In this document: piece by piece, positions 26,690 through 38,902 of the stretch | Position numbering within the stretch: the first letter of the stretch is position 1 | Layout of the letters: every line of letters starts with the position of its first letter | DNA from: Phoronis australis | Taxonomy: Eukaryota > Animalia > Phoronida | Reading direction: 5' to 3' | Assembly: GCA_002633005.1 (NCBI GenBank) | Contig: NMRA01000036.1 | Location: 1,226,139 to 1,290,138, forward strand | Length of the DNA: 64,000 nucleotides | Position numbers and translations under genes: made by a program | Notes under the pieces: generated by a model | Database searches by the model: none | Told to the model about the DNA's origin: nothing | What the model saw: only the letters and a program-made list of their open reading frames with translations

Positions 26690-27129
26690 CTTCTTAAATG
26701 TAAAACCGTTGATCGCCGCAGCCCTGACCAGGCCCCAAATGTTGTCCAGGCTCGAGAATAAGTCGTTAGTTAGATTCAAGAATCACGATTTGCACTGATT
26801 GGAACTGAGCTCATTTGTAAACAATATAATCAATGTATTAAAAACTATTCAACTTTTGCACACTCTTTAAATGGTTACTAAATGGACAAAAATACAATAC
26901 TTTATTCATGTCTGTAACGAGTCATTAGCAGGCAATCAGAGCAATCAATTGTGGGACTCCTGTTTGGGAGACCTGGGTTCTAATCTTGGCTTCACTGGAT
27001 GACAATCGAGCATTGCACAAGGGTGTCTCATACTCCTCTGAACTCGGTTTTACTAGTGAATGTATGCAAGGATGTGAATTAGAACCTGGGTATAATGCGA
27101 AAACGACTCCTGGGCTGTCGGAGTTCTGA

Positions 27130-27515
27130 TTTGGTTCAAAAAACCTTCTGAGTCTAGATACATTGGGCATAAGACACGTCATTCAAATTTTGACGGGCCA
27201 CTGTAACCTAGCCCGACACATACATGTACACATAACTGGGCATATGGAGAGCCCAATGTGTCCCGAGTGGGGTACTGGTGTAGAAACCACTAAGCACCTG
27301 GTAGAGTCTTGCCCAGCTTTCTATAGGCTAATGGGATGTCATAGTTACATGCCTACAACACATGGTACATGGCAACAAATGGAAACTACTGTTCATTTTC
27401 TTGAGACTGGCAGACTTGAAAACTTCCTTCACGAATGGGGCAATGGGCCCCACCACGAGGCCTGCACACGTCTGATGCACCGCAGATGACATCAAGCCAC
27501 CTGGACTGTTTTTCT
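27130..27515 (+). mobile_element. 3' fragment of I-group (R1/Loa-like) LINE
   Basis: ILTGHCNLARH...SPMCPE..ETTKHLVESCP CCHC tail; the 3' UTR matches the copy at about 34920-34990 on -. Confidence 0.8.
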
Positions 27516-28460
27516 CTGGTTTGCATGGATCGTGGACATTCGAAGTAGTAACTTTTGAAGGTGGCGAATCTTCGGAGTAGTGAACCTTCGGAGTAGCGAA
27601 CATTCGGAATACTGGCATCCAACCTTGGAAATCTTTTCCAAGACGTTAGTATGAAGTCTCTGAGGTTGTGCGCCATTGTTGACGTACTTTTCCCCAAAAA
27701 TGTGAATTTGCTCGTCGGTGTTTTCTCAGTACCAAAAAACACAGTTTTAATAAAATTCTGGTTTTTGAGCATCGACGGCTTCTTCTGAATTAAAAAAACG
27801 GAAACGCACACACGTGTAGGGCCTGCACGCCTGCATGTCAATCCACAAATCCACAGTCAAAGTGGATACTGGATGAAAAACATAACTGTACTTGACGAAC
27901 ACTTTCAATTCCAAATTTGAAAACGGCTGACTTTTACCGTACTATGCTAGCAAGCAATATCAGATTACAAGCCTATTTTCTACTGTTTTCTTTCTTGGTC
28001 TATTTTAAGGTATTCACATCGCACTACTTTTTGGGAGCTCACTCGCTACTATATAGCGTAACTAGGTACAGACATTTAATTCTAGACTCCCTTGTTGCCC
28101 TACGATGTAAACACCACGTGTGTTCCATCATCATCAGAAATTCGTGAACTAGGCCATCCGGAGGAAAATATAAAACCTCCTCCAATCGTCTGCACGATCC
28201 TGTCAAATAACTTTGATCCTGTCATCTACGCAAATTCCACTCCGGAGAAGTTGGCCGGATTCGGCCAGATGATTACGTGAAGCGCTTTGAATCAAAAGCA
28301 AATTCATAATTATTACTAACTCAGTAGTCATTGTAGTTACCAGTACCTGCAACAATTTTGTTGTTGTCCATCTGAATTTTATCTTTAACGGATATGGTGG
28401 GGATCGACCTTTTCCGCGGAGGGGGGGGGGGGTTCGATCAAACCCCTCGAACCCCTCTGT

Positions 28461-28715
28461 AACAGGACATGATTTTAATACTGATGATGTCACTATCCTA
28501 GACTAAGAGGAAGATTGGTTCAGAAGGGGCATTAACGATGCTCTACATGGACGCACCGAGAGCCCCTCTTTGAATAAACGAGGTGGTTTAAGGTTCAATA
28601 TGTCACACGTGTGAAATAGTGTCCTGACCTCAATGCCGCTCCGTCTATTAGCCAGGATAATAACAACATCAATAGCCAAGCTGAAGTCCGTGAAAGACGG
28701 ACCCAACATTAATCA
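28461..28715 (+). mobile_element. Penelope-like retroelement, 3' part (C-half of GIY-YIG and terminal region)
   Basis: Manual translation TGHDFNTDDVTILD*EEDWFRRGINDAL...PSLNKRGGLRFNMSHV; hairpin gtccgt-gaaag-acggac after ctgaa at 28681. Confidence 0.8.
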
Positions 28716-29204
28716 CTTTAGTAAGTTTTATTTCCCTGTATTAGGTTCAAATTTCATCTGTGATTTCTCAAATAGATGTCTCAAAATCTCCATGCTTTTA
28801 TTAGTATTTAGATAACAAATGCAGTAATAATATGCAATCCGGGTAGTTAGCAATGGCCATTTCACTGTTATTGCCCGAGCTTTAAACAATGCAAAATCCA
28901 CGAAGTACAAATACCATTGACTTTCAAATAATGCAAAACACCCCAGTTACAGAGAAAAGGCATCAATGCATTCAGAAAGGAAAAAAATGCACTTCAACAG
29001 GTCACCAGCTATATATCCACGATGTTTAGCTTATACTAACCGACGAGTTTCAAGGTTCAAAGAACATTACTACATTTATCAACCACATCAACCACACCTG
29101 TAGTCTGCAAGTAAAGTACTCAACATTACGCAACTAGAAAACGCAGACCACACACACCTAGAAATCTTGGAAACTGGTGACCTTACTAATAATCTCTGGC
29201 TCTA

Positions 29205-31100
29205 TAGTTGAGTCCAAAAATGGCCCCCGTGCACCTCCCGGAACTTTTAAGTTGCTTTTTTGCAAAGCAAAATATGTGTGAAAACCATAAAAAGATGTTA
29301 ACGAGCCAAAAAAGTGTCCCACGTGCGTTTTTATACAAATTAGTTACGCCATTACCGATTTTTCGTTATTTGATGATATCTCACTTTCTTATTCTTGTAA
29401 GTGAACGAATCAAGTGTCAAAACCTATATTCTGAGGGTCAAGCATTACGATGGAATAATTTTCTCCATAATCTATTACATCTAACTTGTATTATACGGTT
29501 ACTTACAATCAATACTACACTGAACGTGTACATAAGCCATTATAAACACTAAATATTTCAAGAAAAAAATTGAGGAAATGGTTGCGGAAATATGGACAAT
29601 TATTAGGTGTTGATGTCACTGATTACATGTTCTAACAGTCCATGTCGCTTTCACTGCTTTCCGTGAAACTTCCACACAACTCTACACTTTCCTCTTCTGT
29701 GTCCACTTCACAAATATTGGTGAGCAAGAAATCAATCAGTAAGATTGGTAAGATAAGATCACACGATCACACAGCTTGCAACACTCTTTCGTCAGTTTGC
29801 ATCCACCCTTGTCCTTCGTCTTGACAGCTCAATTATGGGTTCGCAAGCATGCCGGTAGAAGGCTATACGGTGATTTACTCGTTATATGTGAGGTTTCAGT
29901 GCAAACTGGCACGGGGAAGTCGAGCAAGGTCATCTTGGACTTGTGAGGATTTCATCTTCACCAACCATTTTGCTCAACATCTTGGCACGAGTAGCATCTA
30001 TTGATGACTCACGACTCTAACCGTACACGAGGCAGTCGAACTCTTCGAACTTACATCCCAATCAACGTCAGGTTTCCTGAATGCACGGCGTTTTAAGGGG
30101 GGCCAACCTTTCATTTACGCTAAACGCACTGGTGCAATCTTCTCTAGTACATACATTAAATCCAAATAGAGCTTCACAGTAGTATTTTCCCAAGGATTTT
30201 GCCATGTCGGAAAGATTCAGCAGTCGCCCAGACCCTGTATCTAGATGTACAGTCAACATTATAGCGTGCCTGCAGCAGAATAACAAAGACACCAGTATCA
30301 GGGATTTTGACGAGATCGTTTCTGTACCTAAGTGAGGTACAAAACAATTCTTAAGTCAAGTCTCTTATAGGTTACTGTAGATATGTGGGATCTCCTAATA
30401 TGAACATCAAATCACTTTTATTATTACATTATGAAATCGCAAATTAGTTAAGTAAGAAATACTCAGAAAGTTCTGTTCAGAAAAAAAATTGGATGCCCGT
30501 ATACAATCACGATGGCCATCTCGGTTTTCTCCAACCTGGAAACTGCCTTCTCACCCCTCCAGACCTACACTAACAATTAACAGAGTTATTTTTTGTTGTC
30601 ATCGTTTGCAAGAAATATGTTGAAGTCATACGGCTTTTGTGTAGCTGGTGCACCCACAATTATTTTCTTTGAACTGCAAAATTACCACATGTTGGAGGGA
30701 GAATAGCTAAAGCGTGGAGAAGTGCAAAACCATCTTGGATAAACAGAACATCCTCAGGATAATGAAAGTCTTCTGGCGAAATGTCGTTCAGAAGATAATG
30801 CAAAATGAAGGCTTTGTTAGTCTTGGAAAAAAATACCTGGTGTTCCAAGACTAAGGGGCACGGGTATCAGGTAGTACTTCATGAGTTTTGGCATGTTCTG
30901 GGATTTAATGAAGCTTTCTAAAAACCCCTTGACCCCCACGACCCAAAACCTCCACGACCTGCGGCAATAGATGCATCTACGCTTTTTTACACATTTCATA
31001 ATCATATTACGTCTCTGAGTGACTTTTCCATAAGACTTACCTACGCGAGAATCAGATCTAGCTCTAGCCTGGTGGTTAAAACAGAAAGGGCGTAAGAACA
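29205..31100 (-). mobile_element. Degenerate Academ-like transposon fragment
   Basis: VPLSLGT, KTNKA..LHYL, IQDG.ALLH, PDTGVFVIL, DTGSGRLLNL, DCTSAF, LARLP, GQGW on the - strand, matching the domain order of the other Academ copies; boundaries approximate. Confidence 0.65.
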
Positions 31101-32459
31101 TGATCTGATATAGCCGATTGTGAGCATGTTATTGTTTATTGTTGTCATGGAAATAGTGCCAAGAGTAGCTACCAATTGCCATGTTTTACTAAACTTAGGG
31201 AGAGAGTGCGTTCACGTAAATGAACATAATTTCACATTTTGTTGTATACTCGTTTACAATATACTACACGAAACGTTGAGATACTTTTTAGTTCACAGTT
31301 TGTTTTTCAAACTGTATTTACTGAAGAAATTACATATTCGTGGGTTCCTCGCACTCTCCCAAAAACTTGAATCTGCCATACACTGAAGAGAAGACGATAC
31401 CATTACACTCTGCAGAGAACGACATTTATAACGTTGGTATGTCTTTGATTTGATTTGGTCGCGTTGTTATTTTCTATTTTTGGCTTTCAAACTTGCCGAA
31501 TAGAACTCTCTTAATTGCAAAAAACAGAGAAAAGCCAGCCGAGCTCTCGGCCAGACTCGATGGTCCCATTAGTCAGCGCTAGTTGTATGTTCAGATCAAA
31601 TCGAGCTTGTTTAAACTGGGTCGAGGGGGTTATGTGCCGTGGGCCGAGGAGGAGGTCGTGGGTCGAGGGGGTCGTCAGTGGGGTGCGGGAGGAGGGGTTT
31701 TAGAAAAATCCAGATTTAACAAGGAGCGTGAACTTGGGACAGCTTTCAGCTTGATACTGGTCAACAAAATGATATGTATATCACACGCTTGTGGATAAAT
31801 GGAATGAAAATTTAAAAAAGAAGCCATTTATTGATTATTTACAATATCTCGAAAAGTTAAGATGTATTTTGAATAAAGTGAACTGGAGATGCGGTAAAGA
31901 CGATTGCTAAAACGTCAGTGGATATCCATAGAGTATTATAATACTCATCTATAATTAGTGTGATGGGACACTGCAAATAGTGTGATGGGATTGCCTAAAG
32001 TGTCCAATGTATCTTAAAATTTATTTTGGGTGGAAATTTTGTCGCACACGCTTGCATTTATATAAATAAACGATTACCTGGTACGAAATCTAACAAATAT
32101 TGTACCGAATAGCTATCTACAACGTCATTTGTTCTTGTTTTTCAGGTTCTATTGCTGGCATGACAGATCGTCGACTTGTTGCAATGTGTACAGGAATGTA
32201 ATAGTTTCCGTAATATGTGCGAACCAAGTTTTAAAAAGGGTGATGGTTAAACAATATATGTCCTGTTCGTGCCTTAACAAAATATGCCACGATCCCTTTT
32301 GGTAGGCTTCTCGAGTATCATCATCAAAGCTTACAGGAGAACAGACAAGCAATGAGTTGAGCGCTTTGTCTTTTAAGTCAAAATTGGCCACATTTTAGCT
32401 TTTAGTTGAATGCAAATCAGCTAGTATGTGACATTTGGAAGTCCACGAAAGCGCACTAA

Positions 32460-33131
32460 AGGAGAATGCCACCAAATAAAAAGCAACGTATTATGTATCG
32501 ATTTCGATTGTGTAGTTGCACTCGACAACAGCGAGGTCAGTTCTTTTACCTGACACCAGACGGCAGACGGAGGTGCTGAAATTAACAAATGATGTCAGAG
32601 GTTCTAACACACTTACTGGTGTCAGGATATAGCTTGACTTCATCACTTTACACCAATAAATTATCAAAATTTGATGCAAAAAAACGAATTGCTTTATTTC
32701 GCTGTTACGGAATTACAGAAATTGTGTACGTACCGAACCCTACAAAGTTCGGTAGGCCAACTTACCAAGGTAGGTCGTGGGAAGTTTGGATCTGTTCGAT
32801 AACAAATTAGAATTATTCGTCCGTGAAATACAGACAGGAGAGCCTAGCCGTGTGTCATAATTTCAGATTTTTTCAGTTCTAAACACACAAAACCCTCATT
32901 GTAACCCAGTGGCTTGGAACCCGATTAGGCCCGTCGCCGCGGCCGGCGGCCAGACTGGAGACATCACGAAAATAAACCAGCCGACTAATAAAGTTGAAAA
33001 TTAAACTTTCAGTCACGAAAAGACTAGACTAGTGAACCAAAGAAATAATGTGGAACTGAGTACTTTGGTAAAAACGCCGCAAAATTGCAAATCTACTAAC
33101 CCGTCGAGGGCCGCGAAGTCAGGTGCCCCTT
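32460..33131 (+). mobile_element. About 700-bp non-autonomous element (Kolobok-like end); inverted copy at about 44598-45345
   Basis: Collinear reverse-complement blocks (aggagaatg.cacca, gacggcagacggaggtg.tgaaatta, cctacaaagttcgg.aggccaa, atacagacaggaga.cctag); the second copy ends ...TCTCCT|TTAA. Confidence 0.7.
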
Positions 33132-33786
33132 CCACAGAACAGGGCAAAAGGTGTGCAGTAACAATTATTCGAATAATGTATATATGTCTACATTGTATAT
33201 AAAGATTCCATTAACGTCAGACCATAGCATATAAAGTCAAGTTATTGTTTCCCAACTGCTTTCTGTCAGCAAACACTTGTTGTGCTTCCACGGCCTCGGG
33301 GTGCTCGGTCAATTATGTTTTGCATCTGAAGCCGATAGCGCAGTATGATTTATTCATTGTTGGTTTCTCAAAACATTTTAACTCACGAACACTCCAAAGC
33401 AAAGGCATGGCAAACTGCATTTACTGAGACATTCTTTAGAGGCACTTTGTTTCAGTTTAAATTATTAAACATTGGTTAGGGTGAGAATAATTCATTTTGA
33501 AACAGAATTATGCCGGCCACGGACACGGAGATATGTCAAGGCTTTATAGTTGATATGAACGGCGTGCTTTTCATTCTTTACTGCCGCGAACAAATTCCGA
33601 CGCAGTTCGGGCTCTGGAGAAAATCGAAAATAAAAAACAATATACCCGCTTTCGTAGTAGCTTCATGGTTCTCACAAGCGGAAACGATACGCCACACCAT
33701 AGCGGCACATACTCAGCTGAAGAACCGCTGACATCGCTGCGTCGTGTACTTACCTTTCTCACAGGTTAAAGCGACACTTCTTGGCA

Positions 33787-33830
33787 AGGTGAGATCGACG
33801 GTATACGAGGTGAGATCGACGGTATACGAG
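33787..33830. repeat. Tandem duplication, 2 x 21 bp
   Basis: aggtgagatcgacggtatacg repeated. Confidence 0.85.
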
Positions 33831-34382
33831 ATGATGGGGATATAGACCGATTAAGAGGGTAAAAATAATTCGGGTGGCATTCTCCTTTATATTTGCCCTT
33901 GGGTGTGTTTTTGGTGAGATGTGCTTACAGAGGAAAATTAGCGACCTAAATACTCTGACATTGTAAAATTGTTTTTATTACCGAAGATTTCCGAAAGAGC
34001 GCCTTTTCGATATGTACTTTTTGGTATAAATTGTTACCACTAAAGACCACGATCTTGGAGGAAATCTCCAAAAAAAACAAATGGTTTTTAGGAAACTTCC
34101 CAAATTACCCAGAGTGTGAGATTTTGTTATACATAGGTGCTGTGTTTGTTTATTTCTAGAGGTAAACGTTTCATTCGGATGAGATAAAGAATACGCTTTT
34201 GTTTTTTGTTAAGCGTATTTTATAACGCCGGTAACGGTGATAACAGTATGGTGATTCGATGAATGATTATAATACAAAAATAATCGAATAGGACGAAATG
34301 TCGAACGCTTTAGTTTGATATCACCAAATCCGATGAAACGAATACTGAAATTTTCGGAAATGAACAGACATTTCTTGAGTTC

Positions 34383-34383
<1 letters not shown>

Positions 34384-34419
<36 letters not shown>

Positions 34420-34573
34420 ATTATTATTATTATTATTATTATTGTTATTACTATTATTGTTGAAATTATTATCATTATCATGTGTAATTACTATTAATAT
34501 TGTTATTGTTATTACTATCATTATCATTATCATTACCATCCTTATCACTACAATCATTATTACTATTATTATT
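34384..34573. repeat. Degenerate (ATT)n microsatellite
   Basis: Directly visible; explains the poly-Ile/Asn ORFs. Confidence 0.95.
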
Positions 34574-34919
34574 CTGCAAGTTTAGTTTGCTATTCAACTA
34601 AAACTTTACAGAACACGGGTAGTGAAATTAAAGGCAATCCAAATAGCAGAGAATGAATAATAATGATATGTAAATAAAGATAAAGATCTTTACAATAATA
34701 AATAACAAATAATTAAGACATAAAGATCGAAAATGAACATACAACATTCAGGAATACCTAAAATGACAGCTGTCAAAACAAATTTTATTGTTGAACTATA
34801 ACTTTTATAATTGGTACAGTATGCGTCTTTGAAAAATAAAGATTATATTATTTTCTTCCTGAACAACAGGCAATCTTAATCGTTCTCATATTCACAGTGC
34901 AGTCGATTTATATCTGAAA

Positions 34920-37900
34920 AAAAACAGTGCAGGTGTCCTGATGTCATTTGCGGCGCCTCAGACGTGCGCAAGCCTCATGGTTGGGCTCCTTGCTAAAGCA
35001 TGAGAGCCCCCTTATGGTTCTTCGTGAAGAAAACGGAAAGTTATTTCCATTTGTTTCCATGTACTACATGTTGTAGGCATGTAACTATGCCATCCAGTAG
35101 GTTGCTCCTTAGCCTATCAAAAGCTGGGGTTTCTACGTCAGTGCCACACTCGGGATTCACTGGGCTCCCCTTATGCCCACTAATGTGTCTGTGTCGGGCC
35201 AGGTTACAGTGGCGCGTCAAAATTCGAATGACGTGTCTTATGGCCAATCGTTCTAGACTCTCTTCTGGTTTGATCACGTTGGGAAAATTCTCCTTGGTCT
35301 CTCTGCAGGAGTTAAGTGATGCCCACTGGGCTGCTGGCTGCAGGGTGGTATACCCAGTCGCGTATACTCATCGTGCACCTTCCGTAAGATACCGAGATAG
35401 CAGCTTAAGGCACACAATGCAGAACACTTGCTCCCATCTTTGCCAGTCCGTCTGCATTCTCATTGCCATCAATTCCCAAATGGGCCCTGACTCAGTGTAT
35501 ATTGACGTTTCTTTCATATTGCAAGCCTGTTAAGCTCATCAATACAAGCATTAGCACAACGAGATTTGACCCTTGGTTTCTTTGGGCTTTTATTGCTGCC
35601 TGGCTATCTGAAAAGATGTTAATGGGGCTATTCGGAGAATTCTCCTCGCGGTGTCGCTGCTGTACTAGTGGTGATTGCTGTCTGCATGTAAACAGCTGGT
35701 AAAAAGATAGATTGTTATCAAAATACGTCGTCGCGCTAAGCTTTATTGCTGCTATTTTCCCTGGTGCAAGTGTTCGACAGGTGGTCTCAACTTCCCAAAA
35801 GACCCAATGTTACTATATTCGTGGAGAATTGCGATCAAAAGGGTCAACCAACTGACAAAAAGTGTGTTGATGCCGAAGNACTAAACGGCTAAAAACTCTA
35901 AGACAATAACAGAATACACTCTGCTACCGTATTGGGCAAATGACCAAACGACAAGCTTTTGCCCCACTTCCCAGGACGTCACAGTTAAGTCTCACATAAT
36001 CTCGCGTTATTGTTATAAACTCGCAAAAGGCCTATTGGGAGACTACATAACGTTTCTTGGTAAGTTTTTAGCAATCAAGCTTCTGTCGACATCGTTCGGT
36101 GATATTATCCCCACCAGTTAGCCTACTGAATAACGGGTTTATTGAATGTAACTAAGTGTTTCTTTTCAGAAACTCACCCCGGACTCGGATGCCGAGTAGG
36201 ATAGCAGTACATATTCACATACATGTATTGTCTTGGGTGGGAATGCGCCCAATATAAGAGGTGTATGGTACGTGACGCTGAGAAGTCAATGGTGACTTTT
36301 TCACAGCGGTTTCTCTTCAAAGCTATGCTATGTCCAATAAAATTCTCTAGATGAGTGAGTTTCCTTATTTTATAGCGGACACCACACCCAGGACTACCAG
36401 ATTAGATCCCGAATTAACATGAATAACCTATTCAGTAAACATCGCAACATTGCATTGGAATAAAAACTGACACCTAGAATGATTTTTACTTGTTGAGGTC
36501 AGAAGCACATATAGGTGTCGTGAAAAATACACATTATTAAATCACTTTTAGCCTGTTTCACATATTTTAATTGAAATCTTAAAGAAGAATTGGGTACAAA
36601 GATTATTAGTTTCTACATAAAAACATGAAGATGAAACGTCAAGTACGTTATGCCTTACTAAAGTAGTTTTGTCTTGTGTTTTATTTTATAATGTGCTAAT
36701 ATTTCTCTGACTTTTCTGTTACAGGTGAGTGTTAACAACTGAAACCAGCCGCCTGACCGTCTATTTTACCTTTGGACAAAGTGAAAATCAATCATTCAGC
36801 AATAACCTGAGAGAATTGAACTTAAATCAGAAATTCAGCCCTTGATATGCCTGATTATGAACTCCGTTGCATGGGAAAATTACAATTGTTTTTAACAATT
36901 TTGTTTCTTTGTATGTATGTGGTTGTTGAATTTGCCATTTTGTTTTTAAATACACTGATAATTGTTTATTCTCGAATCTTGTGCATAGCAGATTCTTATA
37001 AAGCTAGCTACAATTGAAAACATAATTTTCTTGCATGTGCAACTTTTGTTGTGGACAAGTTAACCCAAAACTTCCACTTTAAGGCTGAGGGAATCGTTTC
37101 TCAGAATTTTTATTTTTCTTCCAATAGAAGATATGAAGACTTGGGTCAATTAAAAAGGGATGAATAATCTCTCTGTTGTTTAAGATTAATTACAAATCGT
37201 AAGGCACCATCAAAAATGCAATTTTCACAAAAATGACGGTCTTTTGTATTTATAAAAGACTCGCAACATTTCAAGGCATGGGTTAAGACAATTTAGTCAC
37301 TGAGAATTCAGAAAATGTAATACATTTTATGGGTTTACAATTGAGAGAAAAACAGTTTCATAAAATAAACTTGAATGAATTTCATGAAGGTTAAGAATTA
37401 TCTCACCATGATATTTCCCCCAGGCACTATTACCTGTTATTTCCACACATTCAGTTGCACCAAATTTCACAACCCCAGCCCCCTATGTCAATCCCTCGTT
37501 AAGGACCTGAATAAGTAAATTAACAAAACGACTTACATACCTTTCTTTAAAAATAGCTGTTCCTTTTCAAAGGCTTTGTTCGTTGTCTCCAATATAGAAA
37601 GTAGCATTTGACAACAGCTCTGCCCTGGATGGGGAGATCTTGCTGATTAACTGCAGTCGTCTGCTTAAAACCAATGTTTGTCCATTCAAGGACGGTGCAG
37701 AAGCGAAGCATATCTCCTCTGCATGGTACAAGCCCGCAAAACAGACATGATAGATTTCCATTTCAACCTGTAATACATTTCCTGAAGACATAAGATAGGG
37801 AGTAACCAAATGATCTAATGGATATTTGTCACGCACCCTTTGCCATGGCATTGGGCTTGGATTGTAATCTTGACTCACTAACCAATATCGAGTTAACAGC

Positions 37901-38870
37901 ATAAACATTCAGCATTCATTGATGTAAATGTCACTGATAAGCCTGTTAGAAATCATTCCTAACAATAATACTGCTTTGATGTAGAAAAGATCCCAAGGGC
38001 TACGTCAAGTATCGTAACACACATCACAACGAAGATAAACCCGACTGGTGACTGCCGCGAAGTCGACATCAGTTAACAGGCATCAGTGGAATAAACATGG
38101 AATAATCGTTAAATTAATCACAAACATTACCTTTGTATAAGGTTGTGCTTACTTCCTCTCATAGAAGCACCCTTTTCTGATTCCGTTGGCACGGCTACAA
38201 GCCATTTCACCATGTATTTAAGAGGCCCGCGAAATCGAGGCTGTTAATCTATCACCACTAGTACACGCGCGCTCTCTAGTTAGTGTAAATTTATCGAATA
38301 GCCCCATTGGCTGATTGCCCAGCTCGATGTTATATTTTCGTGCCAGTTGAGCAGCTCCATTAATAGCATTGATATCAGCCTAGAACACCATGACAAGATT
38401 GCCTAGCGATACCCAGATTTGTGCGTCTACAACAAGAAGGCTTGGAAAACAGACTCCAGCACATGTCTGGACATTTTCCAGTATAGAGCCATCTGTATAA
38501 CAAACCACAACATTCTTGTTTTCTGCGGTAGGTCATCCATCACCAATTTCAGAGAAGAAATTGTTTGTTTGATTTAAAACTGTGATGTGGACATCACTAG
38601 GCATGTTCCATAGTTGCCCAGTCTTGGCCACTAGTTTATTGCGAACATTTATGTGGCTTCTATGTGCAACGGAATCAGTGATGAGAGCTTTCACCCACTG
38701 GCCATTATATCAGACAAAGTGCAGCACAAGCAGATTCACCATCATGGTATATGTACAGTGGTGGTAGACCGATTAGCATTTCTGGGGCTGCAGAATGCGT
38801 TCCTGGAAAAGCAGAGGTTATGCACAAACAAAATTAAGCCAGACGTTGCAACTGATTAAGTTTGTTGATA
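34920..38870 (-). mobile_element. I-group (R1/Loa-like) LINE with RNase H, 5'-truncated, split by ISL2EU-like copy 2
   Basis: YTDGS (about 38490), VF*ADINAI, then across the insertion QP|INIFSDSQAAIKA, AHLGIDGNENADGLAK, and ILTRHCNLARH...ECG...ETP. Confidence 0.85.
35624..38305. mobile_element. ISL2EU-like DNA transposon, copy 2 (opposite orientation to copy 1)
   Basis: at|GGGGCTATTCG...CGAATAGCCCC|at; AT duplication confirmed by the restored RNase H frame; THAP remnant LNFPKDP...WRIAIKR on + at about 35730-35880; SAP-like exon on - at about 38130-38190. Confidence 0.85.
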
Positions 38871-38902
38871 ATTGTAATCTGCTTTATCGCTGTTATAGGC
38901 TA

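Larger units (their letters stand above)
25901..27623. mobile_element. Non-autonomous DNA element with inverted arrays of about 15-bp subterminal repeats
   Basis: ggttcgccattccgaa/ggttcactactacgaa units at 25905-25972 are mirrored by ttcggagtagtgaacc units at 27535-27612. Confidence 0.6.
23393..28460. mobile_element. CAGG-terminated hAT-like element carrying several nested insertions, splits the Penelope element
   Basis: Left end caggcccgtagccac; right end ggggttcgatcaaacccctcgaacccctctg is eroded; Penelope coding sequence resumes immediately afterwards. No TSD recovered. Confidence 0.55.

Noticed and set aside
34209-34557. Poly-Ile/poly-Asn ORFs
   Set aside because: Translations of the (ATT)n microsatellite.
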